The position numbers and the translations under genes were made by a program. The notes under the pieces are model-generated. The model was not told the DNA's origin and made no database searches. It was given only the letters and a program-made list of their open reading frames with translations. A DNA stretch of 64,000 nucleotides from Octopus sinensis (lineage: Eukaryota), in the NCBI RefSeq assembly GCF_006345805.1, contig NC_043005.1:45880001-45944000 (forward strand), read 5' to 3'. Shown piece after piece: positions 14,527 through 27,739 of the stretch. How positions within the stretch are numbered: position 1 is the first letter of the stretch; each line of letters starts with the position of its first letter.

Positions 14527-15439
14527 CAAGATATAATGGAGCTTTTTCTTTGGTCACGTGATCATCAACATATGTAGTTCCAAGAGTAAGTATTGGTGTT
14601 CCTCCAGTACCAATGAGCACTTGCGATATTATTAATATTAAGACATATTTCCAGTTCCCAGAGTTTTTATCAATACAGCGGTTACCAGCTCCACCTGCAA
14701 CTGATCGGCAGATGTTTTCTTTGGTACTGTTAATGATCTTGTCTTTTAAAGTGTATTTTTCAGCTATGATATGAGGCATTGAGAAAAAAATAGCTCCAAA
14801 TCCCATGAACACAACTCCAACACCAATCCATTTTGGAATGTGCCTTCGACTGCCAAGGTAGCTGACAAAAATCACTGCCACAAGAGACCCGAATTCATAA
14901 GAAGCAGCAATTAGTCCTGAAATTGAACTTCCAATTTCAAATCGTTTCTCAATAGTTGTTATAACACTGTTCAAATAACCTGTCGATAAAGAGCCAGTTA
15001 CAACTAACAATAGGCACATAAAGAAGACAAAAGATCTAATATTTGCACAAACATTGAGGCATTCGGGCCGAAATCCTCCCAAACCACATTCTCTCTCATC
15101 ATCGTCACCAATACTGGCTGCATTCACAGCACAACGTACATATTCATCTTTCTCAGTCCGACCTTTAAGAAATGGCACATTGCTACTAATGGAGTATCCA
15201 CTGGTTGAGGTATCAAGGCTAGAGGGAGATAACAGTTTCATTCCTTTTGACAAGGATCTTTTCTGAGAATTCTTCTTTTTGCAAGTCTCCTGATTCTGTG
15301 CTGTGCTGTCGGCAGCCGACATGGCATACAGTACAGCTGAGTTGGTCCCGGACTCATCATAAGGATCATCACAGTACTCCAAAGTGGTATTAGATGATGC
15401 AGACATGGATACTTCCATGCAATCATAGTTGTCACTCAT
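14527..15439 (-). CDS. SLCO5A1: First coding exon of an organic anion transporting polypeptide (OATP/SLCO), SLCO5A1/Oatp30B-like; 304 codons plus 1 nt; gene continues outside the recognisable sequence
   Basis: The translation carries OATP hallmarks: [79 protein letters not shown]. Similarity ends at YL-G|GTAAGC, a phase-1 donor at 14526, so the ORF-track tail KLSYSTL... is intron read-through. An in-frame TAA lies 6 codons upstream of the ATG at 15439. The family call is strong; the subfamily (5A1) is from recalled similarity. Confidence 0.93.
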
Positions 15440-15539
15440 ATTGAGCAGAGCACATTACAAAGATGTTAAGAGGTATTCAACAAAAATGGCAGCTGCTGGC
15501 AAAGACTGTTGATATATTCCAGAGGACTTCTTTTGACAT
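15432..15539 (-). promoter_or_regulatory. Two upstream ORFs in the SLCO 5' UTR
   Basis: uORF1 is 15539-15477 (MSKEVLWNISTVFASSCHFC*). uORF2 is 15455-15432 (MCSAQYE*), out of frame and overlapping the main ATG at 15439-15437. Confidence 0.6.
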
Positions 15540-15558
15540 TCTGGCCACAGCAACACAC
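15440..15558 (-). other. 5' UTR part of the SLCO exon with splice acceptor at 15559-15560
   Basis: Minus strand reads TTTCTGTTTCTCTAATTTCAG|GTGTGTTG (polypyrimidine tract plus CAG). This implies one or more non-coding upstream exons, which I could not locate. Confidence 0.75.
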
Positions 15559-16234
15559 CTGAAATTAGAGAAACAGAAATATGGATTTCAGAATTTCACT
15601 ATTTGCCACATGTCAAAATATATTAAATTAAAACATCTTCAGTAGGAGATTAGTCAACACAAATCAGAAGTAATTTCAGTGCCAGTACATAGACAAATTG
15701 TTTATTAATTTGCATATCATATAGCTGTTAATCATTACAAGACAACCATAAAACTTGCAGCAGATATCAGAGAGTTAATTGACAAGTAAAAATGAGAGTT
15801 GAAAATAAAAACCAAAAGACTGAAAGACTGCAATGTACAAGAGATGGGACAAAATAATTGAGAGATATGGCTGAGAATGAAAAACATTGATGTTGCTTAG
15901 ACATTTTAGGAAAAAGGAGAAAATCAACAGCAAATACATATACATACACATGTATATAACATTCATTGTGTTATGCTAGCATGAATCAGATAAATAGATA
16001 AACCTCTCTTTGCATATACACACACACAAACAAAATGTGCTACCATTGAAATGGTAGCACATATGCCAGTCTTTGTTTCAATACTTACTTTGCATACATT
16101 ATCACCAAGAATCTCAACTTTTATGTATGATTTTTCTCATTTAAAATATAACTACAACTATACATTCGATTACTGGAATATTCAGATGTGCTTCACGATA
16201 ACACATCTTGGATTAAAATAAATATACATATATA

Positions 16235-16610
16235 GGCACAGGCATAGCTGTGTGGTAAGACATTTGCTTCCCAACCACATGTTTCCAGGTTCAGTCCCAC
16301 TGCATGGCACCATGGTTGTCTTCTATAGCCTGGGCCAATCAAAGCCTTGAGTGGATTTGCAGATGGAAACTGAAAGAAACCCGTTGCATATATGTGTATG
16401 TGTATGTGCATGTATATTTGTATGTCCCCCATCACCCCCACTTGACAGCTGATGGTTGTATTTATGTCCTCATAACTTAGCAGTTCAGCAAAAGAAACAA
16501 ATAGAATACCAAACTTTAAAAAAGTACTGGAGGCCTTTCATTCTGCTAAAATAACTCAAGATGTTGCCCCAGCATGGTCAGAGTCTGATGATTAAAACAG
16601 GTAAAAGATA
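16235..16610 (+). mobile_element. SINE family A, older copy
   Basis: Same head, body and tail. Further copies, approximate: 1830-2190+, 17101-17240+, 21715-22095+, 23218-23590-, 27310-27580+, 36655-37035-, 40750-41075+, 49265-49630-, 52412-52750-, 58612-59005-, 61920-62220+, 62790-63170+, 63592-63920-. Confidence 0.8.
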
Positions 16611-17660
16611 AAAGATATATATCTTTTATATATAATGAGCTGTACTTGCCTATGAAGTGATTTGATATGATGCCTTGTGTTAAAACTGAAGCAATTATAT
16701 CGTGGAAGAGCCACTTTAGTTGAGAGAAAAGAAAAAGAAACATTTGCGTTCCGTTTATTTCTTTGAAAATAATATAAAGCAAATATAAAAGATTTTGTAG
16801 ATTTTTAGATATCTAAAATGATCTTTCGACAATGTAAAAAAAAAAAAAAAGAAAAAACTGCTGTAAACAAAGGCACTGATTTTAAATGATTGAGCTGTGA
16901 GTAAATGAATAAACCCTAACAGAGAACCAATATCAACAGGAACCAAATAATTCATGGCATTAATCTAAGCGAAAAAGGAACACACTGGCTCAGTAGATCA
17001 GTGAGATTTGATCCACTAAATTCTCTTTAATCTTCTGCTTCTTGTTCCCTAACTGATTAAAGAAGTAACATTCTAAAACTCATTTGATTATATCACTGAT
17101 AGGTGCAGGTGTGTGATAAGAAGTTTGCTTTCCAACCACATGGCTTTGGTTTCAATCTCACTGCATGGTAACTTGCATAAGTGTCATCTACTATACCCTT
17201 GGGTCAACCAAAGTCTTGTGAGGAGTGGAAACTGAAAAGAAGGCCATCATGTGTGTATGTGCATTGAGTGGGTGGATAGATAGATACATGCATAGTTCAA
17301 CAGACAGACAGACACATGAACACACACAGAAAGATAGATAGTTTGGGAACAAGTGAGTGCTGGCAACAGGAAGAACATCCAGTCATAGAAAATTTGCCTC
17401 AATAAACTACATCTAATCCATGCAAACCTGGAAAAATGGGCACTAAATTGATGAGGATTCTACGTACATGTGATTTAGGAGAGCATATTGCTTCTCATAA
17501 CCATGTCTATAGGAAGGTTTGAACTAGAAAGCTATGGGGGCATTATAAATATTGGTTTTAAATGTACCTCTACAGATTTTGTATAAGACTTAGTGCCAGC
17601 ATTGAAAATTACATTTTGTATATGAATATACCTCTGTAAACAATGCAATCAATGTTTGAT

Positions 17661-17705
17661 ATGGCACTGAAGAAGGAGCAATAACTCCTGAAATATGCAT
17701 ATACA
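17661..17705 (+). ncRNA. Degenerate minimal hammerhead-like motif
   Basis: CTGAAGA (17667-17673), stem II AGGAG/CTCCT, GAAA (17690-17693) and palindromic ATATGCATAT. Stem I pairs poorly. Confidence 0.45.
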
Positions 17706-20700
17706 CTCATTACCTGTTTCTCTCTCTTCAATTGCATTTTTTTACAAAGATATATTCATATATGAAATGTTGTAACTTTCGGTGTGGGTTCTAAATTCTA
17801 TAGAAAATCTAAAGTGATACACTTAAAATGAAAACAATGCACTGCTAACATAATAATAACAGACACAGTATCAACTTATAAATTTGACATATACATGACA
17901 GTATATTATAGTTGCAAAATGAAATACAGTGTCCATACCAGCAATTAATATGAATAGTGGGTTACCAATATCTAATTTTTCAGCTGATAGCATGTTGGCC
18001 AATTAACTTAGTCAAAGTTGCAGATCTAAAACTGATAAGGTTTTACTTGACATATTGTCTTATTAAATTTGAACCTAAGACGTCTCTAAGGAAAGATAGG
18101 ACACATAATTAAGAATCTATTTTCAAACATTAATTTGCTTTCTAACCTTACAACATTTAGAATGTCATAAACTCATATCAAATACACAGTGTGGTGGTGG
18201 TGGTAATAAAATATACAAAAGCAAAGAGAGGATGGGGTCATACATATGTCCTACTTTTCCAGAGATGAGGTCTTCTTTAATTGTAGAGTGTAACCACTGG
18301 TGTTATGTTGTAACTTGGTTTACTAGAAATAGAACCTACTTCTCCCTCACAACATTTTCTGCTATCTTAAAAAATGGGAAGGGCTCATTACAAAATGTAA
18401 TTTTAGATGCATTTGCCTGAAAAAAGGATGAAATAGTCAGAATGCCTGTGGGTATAGGTCTGTAGATCAGGGATAACTTGGGGGCTAAACAACAGTAATA
18501 ACAACGAGCTGTACCTATCTTACAGAACCTATATGGACTACACCATCTCTCAGCTGTGGCAACAGCACAAAGCCAGGAACAGAAAATAAGCCACATCCTT
18601 GTGACAGGTATTTGAAAGTGTAGCGAGGCCATCATTTATCATGTTTTCCATACTGGCATAGGTTGGACAATTTGACTGGGGACTGGCAAGTCAGGAGGCT
18701 GCACCAGGCTCCAATCTGATCTGGCAGTGTTTCTACAGCTGGATGCCCTTCCTAATGCCAACCACTCCAAGAGTGTAGCGGGTGCTTTTTACATGCCACA
18801 AGCACAGGAGCCAGTCAGGCGGCCCCTGGCATCGGCCATGTTCAGATGATGCATTTTATGTGCTACTGGCATGGGAGCCATTCGGGGCAGGGAGGCTGGC
18901 ATTGACCATGTCCGGATGGTGCTTTTTACATGCCACCAGCATGGGGAGCCAGTCAGGCAGCATTGGCAACGACCTAAACAACCCACGCATGCATGGTACT
19001 TATTGCGTGCCACCAGCATAGGAGCCAATCAGGCAGTAATGTCATCGGCAACAACTACAATCCCATTTGATTGTGATTTTGATTTGACTTTACTCAATAG
19101 GTCTCCTCGAGCACAGAATGTCGCCCAAAGGTACTTTTTAAATGGGCTGGTTATGCGACACTGGTGTAGGCTACGGCTGTGATCTCACTTTATTTGCCAG
19201 GTTTTATCACAGCATATCTCCAGAGGTTTCGGTCTTTCAATTATGGTATATTGAATACATCAAACTGATATAGACTCAGCGTGTTAATCTGTGATGATTG
19301 ATCACTTTACCTATCATGTGAGTTTTGAACATTGGTTGAGTCCTGTGTTTTCATTGGTAGAGTATTGTGCAGGATTTGAATTGAAGAACCAATCATGTTG
19401 CGCATAATACATTCTCAAACAACTAATCAGTATGAGCTCTGGAGCCTACTATTTTTTCTCCAAATTCATGTAACAAATTATCAAGTCCAGTGGGTGAGTG
19501 ATTTTCCCGAAGGCGAGTCATGTTTGCCCTGCCATTATTCACCAACTCAAAATTAACATAATGGAGCACATGTAACCAATGATGATCCAAGCTGAATTAT
19601 CCAAATGATGGATGAAGTACACAACCACCAGAATTTGTGATGATTTTACTTGGTTCATTGTACTACTTAACAGGGGAATAAAGTCTCACTGTTATTTTTA
19701 AAGTTCATGTATTATTTCCATGAGTGAATACACAACATCTATTATACAATGGTATGCAAGATTCCGGAGTAAAACCAAAGGAGACTTTAGACCACACGTT
19801 AAAAAGTGTTATGAAGACATTCAGAAAATGTTAATCATCAGATTAAAATTCCTTGCATTATTTAACTTCTTCATTTCTCTTGATTTGAATCTAAAAATCT
19901 TACCAAGTTGACTTCACTTTCCATTCCCAATAAACACCAGTAATATACTGGCTTTTGAATCATCCAAATGCATTTCCTGATTCTATTCCAAGAAAAGAAA
20001 TCAATAATGCATCCATAACTAATACATTTGGTTCACTAAATTTACCAACATCCATAAAATCAGAGCTTTGAAATTATAATCTCGTTCATATGACTCAATA
20101 AATTATGTCATTCTTCAGATCTTAAGCAAAAAATTTAATTCTATTTTGCTAAAAGATTCATGTCACATTAACGGATTTTTATTCCTCATATAGAAATACC
20201 ATATCAATAGCACAGTAATAAACTCTGAGACATATTTTCACAAAATGCTAGAAATGCACAGCATAAGTATTGATTTAATAAATTGACTTACTATATGTAA
20301 ATTATTACCTATTAGCAATTCTCAATGATATTATAAATGCTTACACCACTTTTTCATTTATCACTACTTGCACAGGGTTGTAGAACCAAGGAAACTGAAC
20401 TACTATTAAAGCCTATACTACTGGCAAACACATAGTTTGGCAGTAATAGAATAACTGTCTGTGTCTACCATACTCCAACCTTTCTCTGGGTGCATGGCCA
20501 TTTCTCTTGGTTCCTTCCACTCCCTCTTTCAGCTGAGAGGTCCTTATCTTGCAAGCTACTTGGCAACCCTGTGAGTGCTGGTGCCATGTAAAAAGCACCC
20601 AAACTGACACCACATAAAAAGTTCCAGTGCTGGGAGCCACATAAAATGCTCCTGTGTTGGTGCCACATAAAAATTATCCAGTATACTCTGTAAAGTGGTT

Positions 20701-20826
20701 GGCATTAGGAAGGGCATGCAACTGTAGAAACCAAGCCAAAACAGATAATTGGAACCTGGTGCAGCTTTCTGGCTTGCCAGCTCCTGTCAAATCATCAGCA
20801 TGGAAAATGGATGTTTAATATATATA

Positions 20827-21223
20827 TCTCTCCTTTACTCTTTTACTTGTTTCAGTCATTTGACTGCAGCCAGCTGGAGCACTGCCTTTAGTCAAGCAAA
20901 TCAACCCCAGGACTTATTCTTTGTAAGCCTAGTACTTATTCTATTGGTTTCTTTTGCCGAACCGCTATGTTACAGGGACGAAAACACACCACCATCAGTT
21001 GTCAAGCAATGTTGGGGGGACAAACACAGACACACAAACACACACACATATATATATATACGATGGGCTTCTTTCAGTTTCCATCCACCAAATCCACTCA
21101 CAAGGCTTTGGTCGGTCCGAGGCTATAGTAGAAGACATTTGCTAAGGGTGCCACGCAGTGGGACTGAACCCAGAACCATGTGGTTGGTAAGCAAGCTACT
21201 TACCACACAGCCACTCCTGCGCC
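20827..21223 (-). mobile_element. SINE family A, full length, low divergence
   Basis: Reverse complement of the 9361-9755 pattern, with many CpGs retained. Confidence 0.85.
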
Positions 21224-21230
21224 TTAAGCA

Positions 21231-21286
<56 letters not shown>

Positions 21287-22780
21287 TGTATATTGGACCC
21301 CAGTGCTCAACTGGTACTTATTTTATCGACTCCGAAAGAATGAAAGGCTAAGTTGGCTTTGGTTGAACTTGAACACAGAACATAAGGATGGATGAAATAC
21401 TGCTAAGCATTTCGCCTGGCTTGCTGCCTTACATATTACACAGAAGTATGTAATTCACCGGTGTAAGTAGTAGTAGCAGCAGCAGCAAGTTCAATCTTCC
21501 TGCTACTACACCTTAGAGACCCTTAGCTTCACTGATTTCATTGACCCTAAATGCATTATAACAGAGGTTCTCAATCATATTTTCCTATAGACCCCTTTGA
21601 TTCTTATTTCACTCAGGTGGACCCCCATAGCCATTCAATGTTTATAAAATCCTATTGTAATTTTATATTTAAATATTATCAGGAACTGTTTGAAAAAAAA
21701 GATATTGTTAAAGGTATGGCTGTGTGGTAAGAAGTTTGCTTTTTAACCACATAGTTTGGGTTCATTCCCACTGTGTGGCACCATGGGTATGTGTCTTCTA
21801 TTATAGCCTCTGGCCAACCAAAGCTTTGTGAGTGGATTTGGTAGATGGAAACTGAAAGAAGCTCATCATATACACATATATCTGTATTGTTGTGTATGTA
21901 TTTGTCTCTCCACTAAAACTTGACAGCCAGTGTTGGGGAGTTCATGGCCCCCATAACTTAGCAGTTCAGTAGATGTGACCAATAGAATAAGTACCAGGCC
22001 TAAAAAAAAAAAATTATTAAAGTACTGGGACTAATTCATTCAAAGCTGCTTAAGGCAGTGCCTCAGCATGGTCGCAGTCTAATGACAAGTAAAACATATT
22101 TTGTAGATTGTGAAAGTATAACCATTTTATTGCACATAAAGTTTTAACAACAAAATCTTCCATGGACACCCAATGGTCATATGGACCCAAGTTGAGAACC
22201 ACTGCACTAGGTGAAGACAGAACCTTTGGGAAAGTCATGAATGATACAGTTTCCCATATTTTTACTCCCACAGCTATGTATTCCTGACCTTAATTAAGCA
22301 ATTACTGTAGATTATAATTTTTCATTAAGATCTCTTTTGTTAATAGTAAATTACAGGACATCTTACATGAACAGTTAACAAGATCTTAATTAGTTAGACA
22401 GTTTTAGACAATTAGAGTTGGGCAGGCTTAAGAGTTATAAGTCCAATGATATATTAAATCTGTCATTTCTGAAATAATTGTCAAATGAAACAGTGAATAT
22501 TTAATGTTCATAAAAGCAACTAATGAGAACACATCTCAATTAAGAAGATAACTTCATTATGATATCAATTGGATGACTTAGTATTCTGAATTAAAATATA
22601 ATCCTGTGAGATTGAAAATCTAAGTACATTAGAGTATTAAGCTTAAGAGATGTACTATACACATATATACATACATATCTATATAATATAAATGCAAGAT
22701 CTTCCTGTGGACAAGGTTGCATTGTATTCGATTATAAATAAATAAAAATACACATTAAGTACAGGACATCACCAACGAGT

Positions 22781-23014
22781 GAAAAACACTTAAACACACA
22801 AGTGATAACTACAGGACAAAATGCCAAAAAATACAAAATAAAAACAGGACATCAACAACAAGTAGAAAAATATGTAAATACATAATGAGAGACAAGTACA
22901 TGGACAAAATATCAAAAGAAGCATTTACGTATTTTTCATTCTATGTCCTGTTCTTATTGTGTATTTTTTGGTATTTTGTTCTGTACTTATCTCTCGTGTG
23001 TTTAAGTGTTTTTC
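22781..23014. repeat. Fold-back inverted repeat
   Basis: 71-nt arms at 22782-22852 and 22943-23013 have 7 mismatches. An inner 17-nt pair (22865-22881 with 22921-22937) has 2 mismatches. Confidence 0.88.
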
Positions 23015-25195
23015 GGTCTATAAATGCAATGAAGATTGTGGGCCCACAATGTGCATTGTACTATTGGTGCATTTAAAGTCACAGACCCCTGTTAATCTTC
23101 TGTCTGCTAGAAGACAGGTGTTTTTGTTTTTACAATAAGGCTTAAACTTAATGAAACTCTTACCAGATCTTCTTAGTCTTAAACCACAATGTCGCTAGTC
23201 AATCTATATCACTACCTTTATCTTTTACTTGAACCAGTCACTGGAATGCAGTCAATCTGGACACTCCTTTGAAGAGTTTAGCTGAATAAATCACTCCCAG
23301 TACTTATTTCTTAAGTCTGGCACTTATCCTATCAGACTCTTTTACTGAACCATGAAGTTAAGGGGGTGTAAACACACCAATACAAGTTGTCAAGAAGTTG
23401 AAGGTGAAGGGAACACAAAAATATACACTCAAACACATACACAAGATTCCACACAGTTTCTGTCTACCAAATTTACTCTCAAGGCTTTGATCAGCCCAAG
23501 GCCATGAAAAACACCTATCAAAAGTGCTACAGAGTAGGATCAAAACCACAAGGTTGCAAAGCAAGCTTCTTAACCACACAGTTTTGCCCGCACTTATTGA
23601 TCAACTGGATAACAAAACACCTATTATTTCAGGTGAACTATATCAGAAGCTCATAGCTATCCTTTTTGTAGACTAGTCAGTGCAACTTCTGCAGTCATCA
23701 ACAAGAGGTCCCACTTTTTTTTTTTTTTTTTGTGTACAAACAACCTTCAGGCTTTGTTTTTCTAAATACTGCTCTCACATATACTCCCCAACCAACCTTT
23801 GGTTTTATCAGTTGTACAGAGGGCCTTGAAGCTTTTCATCAGTATAGTCTTTGCCATGTTAATGTTGCTATTTGATATGAGGGAACATGGCCAAGTGGCT
23901 AAGATGTTGCACTCACAATCGCAAGATCACGGGTTCAGTTCTTGGACTGAGTAGTGCATTGTGTTCTTGAGCACAACACATTTCATCTCACACTGCTCTG
24001 CAATCACCTCAACATCTAATGTGTGGCACACCAAGCACCTGTACAAGCAATGTCTCAATTTGATGGCAGGAATGCACTTACGTGCAGCACAAACATTTAA
24101 TCATCATCATCACTATGAGCTTCTCATATAGTTCACTTGAAATCATCTGTGCAGGTTGTTCAGCAAAAATTGCAGAGCCAATTTTCTTAGATTAAGAGGC
24201 TACAGTTAATTGCTGTTTGGTGCAATTGGATTTCTCTATTTATTTTTCAGTTACTTCTGTAGTGAGAATCAGGTTTTTGGTTTGGAGAAGTTAACGTGGT
24301 TTTTTAATAGGCAACAAATTTTGAATTCCATGATGATTACTTTTAGACCTAGAATAATTGGTATAGAGCTAAAGAAAAATCTTTAAAATTTAACAACCTG
24401 AATGGTAAATTCCACTCAATAAAATGTCTCATAAAGTCTGGCTAACAAGAGCCAGAGCTATACTAAGATTCCATGAGTTAATGAGATATAGATATTCCCC
24501 AGAATAGGACATTGCAAAAGACATTCCCAGAAGACTTGGTAAATTTTCCAGACAACTTATTCAATCAAACTAAAGAGAAATAAACACTCCATCAAACTGC
24601 AGAAACAAAATACATATTGCAAGCTTCAGCAACTCCCACCTGAGTTATTTCTGTCAGCCATACTGCTTATATATGATTGTGTGTACATATTCCTGAGTAC
24701 AGACACTGGTATATATATGTATGCGAGCCAGTTAGCTGAATTCAAACAGCTAGTTCACACATGTATATGTGTGTGCACTTGTGTATGCACAGGGTGTGCA
24801 TAAATTATCTTTACAACCTGCAAAATTTATTGCATTATTTTTTTAACTGTAAAGATAGTTTACTGACACCCTTTATGTATGTGTGTGTGTGGTGTTTGTG
24901 TCTGTGTCACTCGTCACCGCTTCTCCATTTAACACACACACACACACACACATTATAAATATATATATATACAGTTAGTGCATTGATGGCTAGCTGGAGA
25001 AGATGTTTTCCTGGGGTTAAATAGTAGTAACAACCGTCCTAATCAGGACTGCCACTTTACGTTGGCAAATAAACTTTACTCTAAAGTACTGTTGCTGCAG
25101 GTTTCTTGTTCAGAGATTTATAACTAATAGTTTATATGTATATATATATGTTTACTGTTTTGTTAAGGTAAGATCAACAAAAAAGTACTCCATCT

Positions 25196-25573
25196 ACTCT
25201 CTTTTACTCTTTTACTCTTTTACTTGTTTCAGTCATTTGACTGCGGCCATGCTGGAGCACCGCCTTTAGTCGAGCAAATCAACCCCAGGACTTATTCTTT
25301 GTAAGCCCAGTACTTATTCTATCGGTCTCTTTTGCCGAACCGCTAAGTGACGGGGACGTAAACACATCAGCATCGGTTGTCAAGCAATGCTAGGGGGACA
25401 AACACAGACACACACACATATATACATATATACATATATACGACAGGCTTCTTTCAGTTTCCGTCTACCAAATCCACTCACAAGACACTTGCCCAAGATG
25501 CCATGCAGTGGGACTGAACCCAGAACCATGTGGTTGGTTAGCAAGCTACTTACCACACAGCCACTCCTGCGCC
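25196..25573 (-). mobile_element. SINE family A, young, with an internal deletion of about 30 bp
   Basis: Nearly identical to 61000-61373 but joins CACTCACAA directly to GACACTTGCCC; (CTTTTA)n tail. Confidence 0.85.
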
Positions 25574-27580
25574 TTTCTCTAGTGAGAAATAAATATCATT
25601 TAACATCCACTGTATTAAAATAAGAGCTACTAATAGTTTTTTGCCATTAAAACATGTGGTTAGGCAGGTTTTTATAACATGCCTTGCATCTCCAAGCAAT
25701 CTCGGGCTTTGAGCATATATTCTATTCTATTTGAAAGTCATGTAGCAGTGTCCTGATTTTTAATCAGAACCATGTGCTCAGAGCCCAAAGATTGCTTGGA
25801 GATAAAGCACCTGTGCTAGTGCCACATAAAAAGCACCTGTGCTGGTGCCAGGTAAAAGGCACTCATGCTGGCAACATGCAAAAAGCACCCAGTACACTCT
25901 GTAAAGTGGTTGGCATTAGAAAGTGAATCCAGCTGTAGAAACCATAACAAAACAGCCAGTTGGAACCTAGTGCAGTTCTCTGACTCACCAGCTTCTGTCA
26001 AACCGTCCAACCCATGCCAGTATGGAGAACAGATGTTAAGTGATGATAATTATGATACGTATATATAAAACTATCTGGTTTAAGTCATTGGACGACATCT
26101 ATGCTAGAGCATCACCTTAAAAGATATTTAAACATTTTGTCATCCCAATACTTAATCAGTCTCTATTTATCAAACTAATAGGGTAAAGGGTGAGGGGAGG
26201 GCATGTAAAGAAGCACGTAAACATAACAAAGAAGCAGACATATATTCATTCATGTGTGAAAATGTATGTATTTTGCACATTAGCCACTCAACCTAAATTA
26301 AATCCCAAAGCAATGAGTCAAAGAACAGTGAAAGAAAGAGAGAGTGAAGGAAAGACAGAGAGAAAGGAAGAATGAGAGGGAGAGGAAGAGAGAGAGAGAA
26401 CTAGATGTTTTCATAATTACACAGAACCAGAATCTCTAGTGTTTCCCTCCACCTACATCCAAATACATCCATTGTCATGTACACAACAATTTGGCATGCA
26501 AACTACTTAATTGTAGAGCAATCCATTGTAAATAAGCTGCACTCTATAAATCTAATGCAATATCTAATCAGGTCCTTTGGGGTTTCATCTCCAACCAACA
26601 AGAACCAATAAACTATATCTGTACTGATGACTCACCTTTGATAGGGGAAAGGTGATTTTTCTGGAAGCATTCAATATGAAGCAAACTAAATAAATAATAT
26701 TGTTACCTTATTTTAATCATAGTAACATTGCAAGTTATTTATTATTTCTATTTCTTGGTTTAGTTGTTTTACATTGCAGAGAGAGAGAGGGGGGTATACT
26801 GAAAGTAGAGACTTCAGTGCAAATAAGAATGAAAAAGAAAGCACTTGATAGTGAAAGTAGAATGGCAAAACATTTATCAAAAGTGAAATATTAAATCTGA
26901 AATTTCAATTTTACAAACACACATACTCTTCATCTCCCATTTAACATCTGCTTTCCATGCTGTCATGGGTTGGACAGTTTGACAGAAACTGTCAAGCCAA
27001 AAGACTACACTAAGCTCTATTCTCTACTTTGACATGGTTTCTATGGCTAGATGCCCTTCCTAATGCCAACCACTTTACAGAGTGATCTTGGTGCTTTTTA
27101 CATACAATTCAACACTGCTCAACTTAGTGGTATATAATCTTGAGAGAGATTACTTTGTAAAAGGTGATGAGAAGTTAGAGTACAACAGAGAGACAGAAAC
27201 AAGTTCCACATAATCCCTCAAAAATTAGAGATCAGCACCTCTTGACTCTTGATGCTAAGGCAGGCAGGCAGATAGGCAGGGAGACAGGTAGGTAAGTAGG
27301 TAGGTAGGTAGGTGCCGGCTTTCCTTTCCAATGATATGGTTCCAGGTTCAGTCCCACTGTGTGGTATCTTGGGCAAATGTCTTCTAGTATAAGCCTTGGG
27401 CCAGCCAAATTTGGATTTGGTTGATGAAAATTGAAAGAAGCCTGTCATATGTGCATGTGCATGCACATGTATCTTTGTGTTTTTCCCACACTGCTGATTG
27501 ACAACCAGTGTTGGTGTGTTTACATCAATTCTTCAAGGTGGTGTTCCATCATGGCCATAGTCTAATGATTAAAACAAGTA

Positions 27581-27648
<68 letters not shown>

Positions 27649-27739
27649 AGTATTATGAGTGTCTATGCACATGTTTTTATATTTTATATTTTTATATTTA
27701 TATGTAAAAAAATTTTTTCACACTTATAATAAATTAAAT

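Noticed and set aside
15054-15435. Short ORFs overlapping the SLCO exon (15054-15266 plus, 15238-15435 minus)
   Set aside because: Shadow frames of a real coding exon with no independent support.
19720-19911. ORF with WYARFRSK, reminiscent of a mariner HTH
   Set aside because: The match is too short, with no TIR or further transposase motifs.
26624-26655. CTGATGA followed by an 8-bp hairpin (TCACCTTT/AAAGGTGA)
   Set aside because: No GAAA follows the stem, and there is no stem III or cleavage triplet.
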